64,000 nt of DNA from Callorhinchus milii (Eukaryota), in NCBI RefSeq assembly GCF_018977255.1, contig NW_024704839.1, forward strand, positions 1 through 64,000, written 5' to 3'. Shown here piece after piece: positions 46,036-59,200 of the stretch (its first letter is position 1; the number at the start of each line of letters is the position of its first letter). The notes below the pieces were generated by a model. It did not search any database, was not told the origin of the DNA, and saw only the letters and a list, made by a program, of their open reading frames with translations. The position numbers and the translations under genes are program-made.

Positions 46036-49000
46036 GGTTAAGCTGTGGGAAGTGAAATAGACGAGCGACCAATAAAACACTATGTAATATGGGGATGACG
46101 GTTTTTTGCTATTCTCAAAATAATACACATGCAGTCATGCAAATATCTGATTTAACACAGCACAGCAAAACCAGTTTCACCATTCAATTCCGCTCGTCCA
46201 GGCGAGTAGAATTCAATTACATTGATTCGATGCGACGTTTCTTATGGGATATAATAAGCGACAACATTTGGACCCCAAACGAAGAGGATTCTGGGATGTT
46301 TGTGGTTTTTTGACAATAACTCTGGATGGAATAGTCGCAGACTCATCAAGGGGGTACTCGTACTACTCGCCTCGTCGAGCGGCATCAAAATATATGAGTG
46401 GTTAAGCTGTGGGAAGTGAAATAGACGAGCGACCAATAAAACACTATGTAATATGGGGATGACGGTTTTTTGCTATTCTCAAAATAATACACATGCAGTC
46501 ATGCAAATATCTGATTTAACACAGCACAGCAAAACCAGTTTCACCATTCAATTCCGCTCGTCCAGGCGAGTAGAATTCAATTACATTGATTCGATGCGAC
46601 GTTTCTTATGGGATATAATAAGCGACAACATTTGGACCCCAAACGAAGAGGATTCTGGGATGTTTGTGGTTTTTTGACAATAACTCTGGATGGAATAGTC
46701 GCAGACTCATCAAGGGGGTACTCGTACTACTCGCCTCGTCGAGCGGCATCAAAATATATGAGTGGTTAAGCTGTGGGAAGTGAAATAGACGAGCGACCAA
46801 TAAAACACTATGTAATATGGGGATGACGGTTTTTTGCTATTCTCAAAATAATACACATGCAGTCATGCAAATATCTGATTTAACACAGCACAGCAAAACC
46901 AGTTTCACCATTCAATTCCGCTCGTCCAGGCGAGTAGAATTCAATTACATTGATTCGATGCGACGTTTCTTATGGGATATAATAAGCGACAACATTTGGA
47001 CCCCAAACGAAGAGGATTCTGGGATGTTTGTGGTTTTTTGACAATAACTCTGGATGGAATAGTCGCAGACTCATCAAGGGGGTACTCGTACTACTCGCCT
47101 CGTCGAGCGGCATCAAAATATATGAGTGGTTAAGCTGTGGGAAGTGAAATAGACGAGCGACCAATAAAACACTATGTAATATGGGGATGACGGTTTTTTG
47201 CTATTCTCAAAATAATACACATGCAGTCATGCAAATATCTGATTTAACACAGCACAGCAAAACCAGTTTCACCATTCAATTCCGCTCGTCCAGGCGAGTA
47301 GAATTCAATTACATTGATTCGATGCGACGTTTCTTATGGGATATAATAAGCGACAACATTTGGACCCCAAACGAAGAGGATTCTGGGATGTTTGTGGTTT
47401 TTTGACAATAACTCTGGATGGAATAGTCGCAGACTCATCAAGGGGGTACTCGTACTACTCGCCTCGTCGAGCGGCATCAAAATATATGAGTGGTTAAGCT
47501 GTGGGAAGTGAAATAGACGAGCGACCAATAAAACACTATGTAATATGGGGATGACGGTTTTTTGCTATTCTCAAAATAATACACATGCAGTCATGCAAAT
47601 ATCTGATTTAACACAGCACAGCAAAACCAGTTTCACCATTCAATTCCGCTCGTCCAGGCGAGTAGAATTCAATTACATTGATTCGATGCGACGTTTCTTA
47701 TGGGATATAATAAGCGACAACATTTGGACCCCAAACGAAGAGGATTCTGGGATGTTTGTGGTTTTTTGACAATAACTCTGGATGGAATAGTCGCAGACTC
47801 ATCAAGGGGGTACTCGTACTACTCGCCTCGTCGAGCGGCATCAAAATATATGAGTGGTTAAGCTGTGGGAAGTGAAATAGACGAGCGACCAATAAAACAC
47901 TATGTAATATGGGGGTGACGGTTTTTTGCTATTCTCAAAATAATACACATGCAGTCATGCAAATATCTGATTTAACACAGCACAGCAAAACCAGTTTCAC
48001 CATTCAATTCCGCTCGTCCAGGCGAGTAGAATTCAATTACATTGATTCGATGCGACGTTTCTTATGGGATATAATAAGCGACAACATTTGGACCCCAAAC
48101 GAAGAGGATTCTGGGATGTTTGTGGTTTTTTGACAATAACTCTGGATGGAATAGTCGCAGACTCATCAAGGGGGTACTCGTACTACTCGCCTCGTCGAGC
48201 GGCATCAAAATATATGAGTGGTTAAGCTGTGGGAAGTGAAATAGACGAGCGACCAATAAAACACTATGTAATATGGGGGTGACGGTTTTTTGCTATTCTC
48301 AAAATAATACACATGCAGTCATGCAAATATCTGATTTAACACAGCACAGCAAAACCAGTTTCACCATTCAATTCCGCTCGTCCAGGCGAGTAGAATTCAA
48401 TTACATTGATTCGATGCGACGTTTCTTATGGGATATAATAAGCGACAACATTTGGACCCCAAACGAAGAGGATTCTGGGATGTTTGTGGTTTTTTGACAA
48501 TAACTCTGGATGGAATAGTCGCAGACTCATCAAGGGGGTACTCGTACTACTCGCCTCGTCGAGCGGCATCAAAATATATGAGTGGTTAAGCTGTGGGAAG
48601 TGAAATAGACGAGCGACCAATAAAACACTATGTAATATGGGGGTGACGGTTTTTTGCTATTCTCAAAATAATACACATGCAGTCATGCAAATATCTGATT
48701 TAACACAGCACAGCAAAACCAGTTTCACCATTCAATTCCGCTCGTCCAGGCGAGTAGAATTCAATTACATTGATTCGATGCGACGTTTCTTATGGGATAT
48801 AATAAGCGACAACATTTGGACCCCAAACGAAGAGGATTCTGGGATGTTTGTGGTTTTTTGACAATAACTCTGGATGGAATAGTCGCAGACTCATCAAGGG
48901 GGTACTCGTACTACTCGCCTCGTCGAGCGGCATCAAAATATATGAGTGGTTAAGCTGTGGGAAGTGAAATAGACGAGCGACCAATAAAACACTATGTAAT

Positions 49001-52000
49001 ATGGGGGTGACGGTTTTTTGCTATTCTCAAAATAATACACATGCAGTCATGCAAATATCTGATTTAACACAGCACAGCAAAACCAGTTTCACCATTCAAT
49101 TCCGCTCGTCCAGGCGAGTAGAATTCAATTACATTGATTCGATGCGACGTTTCTTATGGGATATAATAAGCGACAACATTTGGACCCCAAACGAAGAGGA
49201 TTCTGGGATGTTTGTGGTTTTTTGACAATAACTCTGGATGGAATAGTCGCAGACTCATCAAGGGGGTACTCGTACTACTCGCCTCGTCGAGCGGCATCAA
49301 AATATATGAGTGGTTAAGCTGTGGGAAGTGAAATAGACGAGCGACCAATAAAACACTATGTAATATGGGGGTGACGGTTTTTTGCTATTCTCAAAATAAT
49401 ACACATGCAGTCATGCAAATATCTGATTTAACACAGCACAGCAAAACCAGTTTCACCATTCAATTCCGCTCGTCCAGGCGAGTAGAATTCAATTACATTG
49501 ATTCGATGCGACGTTTCTTATGGGATATAATAAGCGACAACATTTGGACCCCAAACGAAGAGGATTCTGGGATGTTTGTGGTTTTTTGACAATAACTCTG
49601 GATGGAATAGTCGCAGACTCATCAAGGGGGTACTCGTACTACTCGCCTCGTCGAGCGGCATCAAAATATATGAGTGGTTAAGCTGTGGGAAGTGAAATAG
49701 ACGAGCGACCAATAAAACACTATGTAATATGGGGGTGACGGTTTTTTGCTATTCTCAAAATAATACACATGCAGTCATGCAAATATCTGATTTAACACAG
49801 CACAGCAAAACCAGTTTCACCATTCAATTCCGCTCGTCCAGGCGAGTAGAATTCAATTACATTGATTCGATGCGACGTTTCTTATGGGATATAATAAGCG
49901 ACAACATTTGGACCCCAAACGAAGAGGATTCTGGGATGTTTGTGGTTTTTTGACAATAACTCTGGATGGAATAGTCGCAGACTCATCAAGGGGGTACTCG
50001 TACTACTCGCCTCGTCGAGCGGCATCAAAATATATGAGTGGTTAAGCTGTGGGAAGTGAAATAGACGAGCGACCAATAAAACACTATGTAATATGGGGGT
50101 GACGGTTTTTTGCTATTCTCAAAATAATACACATGCAGTCATGCAAATATCTGATTTAACACAGCACAGCAAAACCAGTTTCACCATTCAATTCCGCTCG
50201 TCCAGGCGAGTAGAATTCAATTACATTGATTCGATGCGACGTTTCTTATGGGATATAATAAGCGACAACATTTGGACCCCAAACGAAGAGGATTCTGGGA
50301 TGTTTGTGGTTTTTTGACAATAACTCTGGATGGAATAGTCGCAGACTCATCAAGGGGGTACTCGTACTACTCGCCTCGTCGAGCGGCATCAAAATATATG
50401 AGTGGTTAAGCTGTGGGAAGTGAAATAGACGAGCGACCAATAAAACACTATGTAATATGGGGGTGACGGTTTTTTGCTATTCTCAAAATAATACACATGC
50501 AGTCATGCAAATATCTGATTTAACACAGCACAGCAAAACCAGTTTCACCATTCAATTCCGCTCGTCCAGGCGAGTAGAATTCAATTACATTGATTCGATG
50601 CGACGTTTCTTATGGGATATAATAAGCGACAACATTTGGACCCCAAACGAAGAGGATTCTGGGATGTTTGTGGTTTTTTGACAATAACTCTGGATGGAAT
50701 AGTCGCAGACTCATCAAGGGGGTACTCGTACTACTCGCCTCGTCGAGCGGCATCAAAATATATGAGTGGTTAAGCTGTGGGAAGTGAAATAGACGAGCGA
50801 CCAATAAAACACTATGTAATATGGGGGTGACGGTTTTTTGCTATTCTCAAAATAATACACATGCAGTCATGCAAATATCTGATTTAACACAGCACAGCAA
50901 AACCAGTTTCACCATTCAATTCCGCTCGTCCAGGCGAGTAGAATTCAATTACATTGATTCGATGCGACGTTTCTTATGGGATATAATAAGCGACAACATT
51001 TGGACCCCAAACGAAGAGGATTCTGGGATGTTTGTGGTTTTTTGACAATAACTCTGGATGGAATAGTCGCAGACTCATCAAGGGGGTACTCGTACTACTC
51101 GCCTCGTCGAGCGGCATCAAAATATATGAGTGGTTAAGCTGTGGGAAGTGAAATAGACGAGCGACCAATAAAACACTATGTAATATGGGGGTGACGGTTT
51201 TTTGCTATTCTCAAAATAATACACATGCAGTCATGCAAATATCTGATTTAACACAGCACAGCAAAACCAGTTTCACCATTCAATTCCGCTCGTCCAGGCG
51301 AGTAGAATTCAATTACATTGATTCGATGCGACGTTTCTTATGGGATATAATAAGCGACAACATTTGGACCCCAAACGAAGAGGATTCTGGGATGTTTGTG
51401 GTTTTTTGACAATAACTCTGGATGGAATAGTCGCAGACTCATCAAGGGGGTACTCGTACTACTCGCCTCGTCGAGCGGCATCAAAATATATGAGTGGTTA
51501 AGCTGTGGGAAGTGAAATAGACGAGCGACCAATAAAACACTATGTAATATGGGGGTGACGGTTTTTTGCTATTCTCAAAATAATACACATGCAGTCATGC
51601 AAATATCTGATTTAACACAGCACAGCAAAACCAGTTTCACCATTCAATTCCGCTCGTCCAGGCGAGTAGAATTCAATTACATTGATTCGATGCGACGTTT
51701 CTTATGGGATATAATAAGCGACAACATTTGGACCCCAAACGAAGAGGATTCTGGGATGTTTGTGGTTTTTTGACAATAACTCTGGATGGAATAGTCGCAG
51801 ACTCATCAAGGGGGTACTCGTACTACTCGCCTCGTCGAGCGGCATCAAAATATATGAGTGGTTAAGCTGTGGGAAGTGAAATAGACGAGCGACCAATAAA
51901 ACACTATGTAATATGGGGGTGACGGTTTTTTGCTATTCTCAAAATAATACACATGCAGTCATGCAAATATCTGATTTAACACAGCACAGCAAAACCAGTT

Positions 52001-53175
52001 TCACCATTCAATTCCGCTCGTCCAGGCGAGTAGAATTCAATTACATTGATTCGATGCGACGTTTCTTATGGGATATAATAAGCGACAACATTTGGACCCC
52101 AAACGAAGAGGATTCTGGGATGTTTGTGGTTTTTTGACAATAACTCTGGATGGAATAGTCGCAGACTCATCAAGGGGGTACTCGTACTACTCGCCTCGTC
52201 GAGCGGCATCAAAATATATGAGTGGTTAAGCTGTGGGAAGTGAAATAGACGAGCGACCAATAAAACACTATGTAATATGGGGGTGACGGTTTTTTGCTAT
52301 TCTCAAAATAATACACATGCAGTCATGCAAATATCTGATTTAACACAGCACAGCAAAACCAGTTTCACCATTCAATTCCGCTCGTCCAGGCGAGTAGAAT
52401 TCAATTACATTGATTCGATGCGACGTTTCTTATGGGATATAATAAGCGACAACATTTGGACCCCAAACGAAGAGGATTCTGGGATGTTTGTGGTTTTTTG
52501 ACAATAACTCTGGATGGAATAGTCGCAGACTCATCAAGGGGGTACTCGTACTACTCGCCTCGTCGAGCGGCATCAAAATATATGAGTGGTTAAGCTGTGG
52601 GAAGTGAAATAGACGAGCGACCAATAAAACACTATGTAATATGGGGGTGACGGTTTTTTGCTATTCTCAAAATAATACACATGCAGTCATGCAAATATCT
52701 GATTTAACACAGCACAGCAAAACCAGTTTCACCATTCAATTCCGCTCGTCCAGGCGAGTAGAATTCAATTACATTGATTCGATGCGACGTTTCTTATGGG
52801 ATATAATAAGCGACAACATTTGGACCCCAAACGAAGAGGATTCTGGGATGTTTGTGGTTTTTTGACAATAACTCTGGATGGAATAGTCGCAGACTCATCA
52901 AGGGGGTACTCGTACTACTCGCCTCGTCGAGCGGCATCAAAATATATGAGTGGTTAAGCTGTGGGAAGTGAAATAGACGAGCGACCAATAAAACACTATG
53001 TAATATGGGGGTGACGGTTTTTTGCTATTCTCAAAATAATACACATGCAGTCATGCAAATATCTGATTTAACACAGCACAGCAAAACCAGTTTCACCATT
53101 CAATTCCGCTCGTCCAGGCGAGTAGAATTCAATTACATTGATTCGATGCGACGTTTCTTATGGGATATAATAAGC
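46036..53175. repeat. 364-bp satellite array, ~19.6 near-identical monomers, one EcoRI site per unit
   Basis: The ORF track recurs every 364 nt, with GAATTC at 46209 + 364n. Size and EcoRI site fit lamprey EcoRI satellites as I recall them (not verified by alignment). Confidence 0.97.
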
Positions 53176-53205
53176 NNNNNNNNNNNNNNNNNNNNNNNNN
53201 NNNNN
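53176..53205. other. Assembly gap (30 N)
   Basis: Run of N. Confidence 1.
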
Positions 53206-56200
53206 TTCCTGTGCGTAGGTAATACCGGATAAACTTGCTCCTAAAAGATTCGTGTCAGCCAGCGTGTTAATTGTGGCGGTATCAAATCAAGGGTAATAAA
53301 TGAGGCATAACCTACCATTACGCCGCTAGGCCCCTCCTGTCCGGGCTGCGAAACCTCCATAGTGAGTGTATGTAAAACGATGTACTCTGCTGTTTCCCTC
53401 AGCTAGGAGAGTGAGCAGCCGATTTCTGCACTGTTGGCCGACAGCTAGCCACGCCCTCAATTGGGTTTCGACATGATCAACCCTTCACTGTGATGAGCTC
53501 CGCCTGGGTTAATAGATAGTTGATCTTTCGGTTATAGAACAGAGCAACTCTAACTCGGACGAGGCTTTAATAGAGTAAAATCAAATGCTCTTGCTGTTCT
53601 GATTGACGACTCTTCCATGTGTGACTCAATTAGTGAAAGGAGGGAAAAACTGACATCCATCTAACCCGCTGGGATTAAGCTAATTTGGAGGTTCCTAAAC
53701 TTACACTTGATCATCTGGAGCACCCGAGTACCCGCGATTAGCGCCTAAATAGCCTCAGGATATGTCTTCTAGTCATCAGCACAAGTGCGCTAATGTCTCC
53801 GAACGCAACTTCTATACATGCGGGGTGGGCTACGAATCCGACTCTCATACGGACGGCCGGGTGCACTGCGACATACATCTGAGGCCTTGTTGGCTGGGCT
53901 CATGGTCTACGTGTACAGTCCCGAGGCTTCAAGCGGAGCTAAATACCGGCCCTATATGGGCACTGAAGTGACTAAACCATTTGACAGCTTTACTGCGAGA
54001 GTATAGCAAGCCCTCGCGGTACTTATGTAGATGTGAATGTCACCGGTCGTATTCGGTTCACCTAACAAAGATGAACCCGAATACCGGGGTTCCGCATGCG
54101 AGGGTAGAACACGCCGGCTCGCGCAGTGCTAAGAAGAGCTATTTAGCGTCTTAGTTGTCTAGTTAATTGGGTCGTGTTCGGGATTACCCTTTAATCGAAA
54201 TCAGAGAAAGCTTCAATGACCGTCGAGGTATCCAGCCATGTTTCGTGATTTTAAGTTATGCAACATCTCCAGACATGCACGTGTAGATACCGCTGGGTTA
54301 ATACGCGCGGAGGCTCACGTCCGTCATATCTCGCTGCCTGTTACCATGCGCCGCGTACTTCAGGGCTGCCAGGCATCATCACTAAGAACAGAAGAGTGAT
54401 GCTTTAGAGACGGAAATATACTAAGTTTGGACAGTTTGGCGAGACGGCTGCCGGCCCAAGCGACGGGGCGTAACGTACAAGATAGCAGAAAGATCATCCG
54501 TTAGCAACCATGACATGCGTGGAGTGGCGAATGATCCTTTCTCGTTATGTCCGATCTGGCTCTGAGTCGGACACCCTTTAAGCTCAGAGACTAATACCAA
54601 GCAGTAGAGCAAGTTTCCACTCGTAGACAGCCCGGTCTCACGAAGGCGAACCTGCGTGCAGGCGAGGACCGGATTCCGTGGCGCGTACCTTAGTTACCAA
54701 AACGGCCCAGTCTTAGTTTGGTACCTACAGTCTGCGGTAATAGTGCAGCTATTTTCACTTGGATGACGATTCGTACGTCTGTTTGAAGGAATACATGGGC
54801 TAATGGACCGGTACTGGTCAAAATAGCCCGTCACCTGGTAAGGATCAACAGCTGAGATAACGCACCCAAACACTACTTGTTTGTTGTCGCCTGTCACGTA
54901 GGACCAGCCCAGGTCTGTTGCTCACGTGGCTCTCAAAAGTAACCCCTTACCCGAGTTCCCTACACAGACACAGCCCTCTAATCTACCTCGCTCGTACATC
55001 GTGTGGGCATTTCGAAAGATGAACCTTAATGAGTCTGGTCTTCGGTCCCGTGATAGAACGACGCTGACGCCACGACTCATCATCAAATAAGGGGTCCGGG
55101 GGCGGGAGACCTGAACATAACCCCTAATAGTGGAGAGGGTATTTAAGCACGGCCAGGGATTGCAGCAAAGTTATCTTGGGTAACTAGAGATATGGTTCGG
55201 TCGAACCTGCCCGATACAAATACCCCCCAGGTAGCGCTCGGGTTTCGCGCTGAGGTTAGGGTGATCTATTAATTGCGTCGGGCGTTGGAATTACCTGGTG
55301 ACATTATGAGAACCTACCCGACTTATGAGTAAAATCTGGGGGCTCATCGGTGGTAACATGTCAGGGATTACGCTATGAGGCGAGATGTATATCCAGACAG
55401 TGTTCCCCAGAGTCACAGAGCGCTAGTCGTTTCTTCCGGGCTATGAGTATAAGGGCCAAGCGGGTCCGTCCGAAATCGAAATTGTACACAATGTCCCGGT
55501 GGTGCGGGCAGTTAAAACCTACACTAGGCGGAACATTTCTATGTTGAGTTATCCCGCGGTTCTCGAAGAGTCCTTCGGCGGTAAGTTCACTATTAAAAAG
55601 CCGCAATTAGAACTTGTTTTTCTGTCTCTTGTCTAAAGGAGAGATTTCGGCAGTATACAGCGGCCCGAAGATAGTCGTGGTGCTTTCTCCGGATGGAGCC
55701 TCCCACACGACCAAACAGTTCCAACGTTCAGCGATTTCGCGCGAACCAAGACTGGGGCTCACTCCGAGAAAGCTAAATTAATTGCTAGATCGACCCCGCC
55801 CCGACCCGAACAGCAAGCTATGTCAAATCTCAACTTGGCGCGTTACTGATTTGTAGCGGTGTAGATTACTCTCCGTTGAGCGAACTGTAAGATTTAAGGG
55901 ACGTAAAGCACACACGGAACTATTAGACCTCCCGGCGATAACATAATGGGCTTTAAGTTAAAACTAACCGATGCCTAGGGAAGTGCGGGCTCTGGTAACG
56001 CCAGAATGTTAGTGTATGATTGCGAACCCGGCGCTGATTATAAAGAGAGGCGGGTAAATCATCCCTAGGTCGCTTGCGTGGTCAGTAATCAGTCCAGGGG
56101 ACGTAAATTACAGCCATTGGCGCCTGTCGAGACACATCATGGAGCGGGCTAATGCATAATTACGACATCATTGAATGTAAGCCGCAGGACGAGAGTATAT

Positions 56201-59200
56201 TACTAAGAATATCGACGAGCGGATTCTAACACTCTTGATGAACGTTTGAAGCTAATTGATGGGTCTACATCACGGTGTTCCCGCTAGTGGTTGCGTGGCG
56301 CGTGTCTTCGTACAAAGTTTCCTTCAAACCATCAGAGTACATGAATGGTCAGGGGGGTCAGGTCAAGTCCGCCTTAATAGAGCGTCGCCGGATATGGGTT
56401 TGCTGGGAAAATAAGAGGAAAACTGGCGTGTTTGGACTTCGAAGCTTTAGCCCTATAAGAACGTATACCAAGGTGGGTGGCTGCTCAGATATTCCCGACA
56501 CGTTACTCGCCGCATCAAATGGGTGGACAGCAAGCAAATCGGCGCAATTTTTAACTGATGCGCGCCATGAAGTGGAACTGAAAACAACTACGGCGACAAC
56601 GCCCCCTCAACCACGTTATCTCAACGGGCTAATCCCTAACCCTTAAGTGGAGGCCTCTTCACTATGTATCTCAATAAATTTGAACCTCTCTCACATTGAA
56701 ATGAAAAAGCTACCGATGTAAAGAGACAGCTATTCACATTATCGTGATACCGGTCTACTTCGGTTGCCTGTGCTAGAGCGACCTTGTAAGGGACACAAAG
56801 TTCCGATCTATCTTGCGGCAAGATGAAACCATTATCGGTGCCCCCGTCATAGTACCCCTGGCTCAGCTTTTGGGTCCGAACAAAGGAAGTGGGCCTAGGG
56901 ACTTCGCCGGTGTAGATCACCTGAGCTTCCGTTAAAGTACTAAAGAAAACCCAGCTCTTCGATTGGGAATTCATGGTAGCGGTGAATGAACACAGGTACC
57001 CTGATACGACGAGATCTCGGACGGCTTTCCCGATTCACGGGTGCGTTCAGGTGAAGACCTTATTAGGAACCCTGCGACATTGGCACGGATCCTTATATAT
57101 ATGGCCGACGTCACTCCTATAAAGTTAAGAGTGCTGTTGACTTGCGTAGACGCCCTATGGACACGCCGACTGGAGCAGTCGTAGGGTGTTCATTCTCTGC
57201 TTAAGAGCGCGCGATCGCCTTCTCTCGATGCACACAGAAGAGCACAACCCAAGGTTATGTCAAAACTCGGCCAGCTATCGACTACTGCTTTAATAGTGCT
57301 CCCATCATCTTATATAATCGATAGCGTCTCATTTTGCAGGTGAATCTCCCGTGCGAGCGTTTTCGTAACTGGGATGCGAGCATTTGTGTGGCCCGTCGCA
57401 AGAGAAGATAAGATGCACCCATACGCTTCCTTCATGGGCATCACGAAGTTCCCCCGATATTGTCTTGTAACCAAATAAGCGAGAACGATTGCCGGTGACA
57501 ATTGACCTGCATAGAGTAGTATCTTATTACGTCGAAGAGCCCTCCCCCACCGATACACATTTCATCGTCGAAACGAGGCTAGCGTTGAGTGTACTGATCG
57601 CAGGACAGTTTAGTAATCCTGGGACCGCAATGCATGCATAAGCGACTGATTCTTTGTTGATTAGAAGATGATAAACGTGGAAATTGATTTAGTGAAATGA
57701 AGTAGAATGGTTCAACCCCGTGCTGTTCGGGTCATGTTTGGCAATATGGGCCTAAGAAAGCCAGCTAACTGGCCCCTATAATGTGCATAACACGAATACG
57801 GCATGCTTAACGGGACTAGGCGAGCTCGGACCTCCCTCTGGTCAGCTACCCATGACAGTCCGTGGAATTACACGGTATTGGAGGTGTCTGAACTCCTGCT
57901 CGCTATGGGCCGGGACCGGAACGCGCGAGATTACATCCAGTCTTCGATTGTCGGGGAGGATCCAACACGTGATCAGCCATTCTTCAACCAGTCGCAAAAC
58001 ATAATACACTACTCTAACATGTAATCGAGTTGAGGAATTTTGAGCCGTCGGGCTGGGGGGCACAGAAAGTAAATTAACTATATTCGGAAGGGATCCTGAG
58101 GGGTATGGCTGTTAATTAAGCTAACGTCCGGTTCTGGTACAAGCTACGTTTTGGGTAGCATAGATAAATGTTGGCGGTCTTATAGTATTGCCGAAGTGGT
58201 ACGAGCTCGAGCCCTCCAATTTGCGCGTGCTCAGACCTGACTGGATATAGTCACCCTAGCGTAGTGCGAATGAAATTAATTTCCTTGGACCTGTAATTGT
58301 CAGCGTACTTGAGAAGAAGGGAAACGAAAGCTAACTAATGAGGTCTTATAGGTTCCTTAATACCAGATGCACGGAGCAGTCCGGATACAAACTCCGACTC
58401 GGCAACATAGGGTGTTAACTGTGGTGTTATTGTTACATCAAGACCCCCGTGCTCTGACACAAGGAGCAGGAGACACTAGATGTTGACTAAGCTCTTTAAG
58501 CACAACCCTATAAGTTTTTCGAGCCAGGTTGCGGGAGTCGCGCGCAACGTGAGCGGCCGATGCTTGAGAATCCGCGTCCACAAATCCGCGTTCGAAGGTG
58601 TCGCTACTCTATCGCCACAACCCCCATGGAGCGGGATGGACCCGAAGTCGCCTAACAAATGTGAAGGGCAGTACAGCTATTTGAGTGGGGTCTATGTGTC
58701 TGAGTACGTCGACAGCAGTCTTGCTATACTGTTACTTCGAGAGATGACATAGTTTCCAATAACTAGTGCTGTTCCATCACAGAGACATCCTTTGAATTGT
58801 AGTGGACAGTGTCCGTAGCAGTCTGGTTATCTTAGGAGGGACGGCTGTTCGTGGGATCACTCACTAAGGCACGTTTGACAATTAAACTGAAAGATAACTT
58901 GCTGCGCTGACTAACGCAAGCATTCTGGCAGACATATCTTTCTAAGAGTCGCGAGGGGTCCCGCCTATTCTTGGATAACGCCTTCGATTATTAGGCACGG
59001 TTCCCGAGATGCGAGGCCGTAACTATTTAGCGGACAGAGGGATGCCTACAGATCCGCGACGATAACTTGGAGGTGTACAAAGTCCCCGTAAATCAGGGTT
59101 TATATGTACTCTCGGCGGATAATCGTAAGATTGGCAGAGACTAAGACAGAATCGAGTGCAGGTGAACCAGGATCCCTTTGCCTTAAGCGCGCGTGTTGCT

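Noticed and set aside
46230-46352. Possible minus-strand hammerhead in the satellite (TTGATGA...GAAACGTC)
   Set aside because: The core starts with U rather than C, there is no closing G-C pair for stem II, and stem I does not pair.
46036-53175. CRISPR-like array
   Set aside because: Units are identical end to end with no unique spacers, there are no cas genes, and the context is eukaryotic. The same applies to the 46-bp and 48-bp repeats.
46089-53232. Repeated 74-aa and 64-aa ORFs read as a tandem gene array
   Set aside because: By-products of the satellite monomer, with no motifs or gene structure.
57045-57060. TCAGGTGAAGACC matching the Penelope-like arm inside the random-like region
   Set aside because: A 13-nt match with no flanking similarity, treated as chance.
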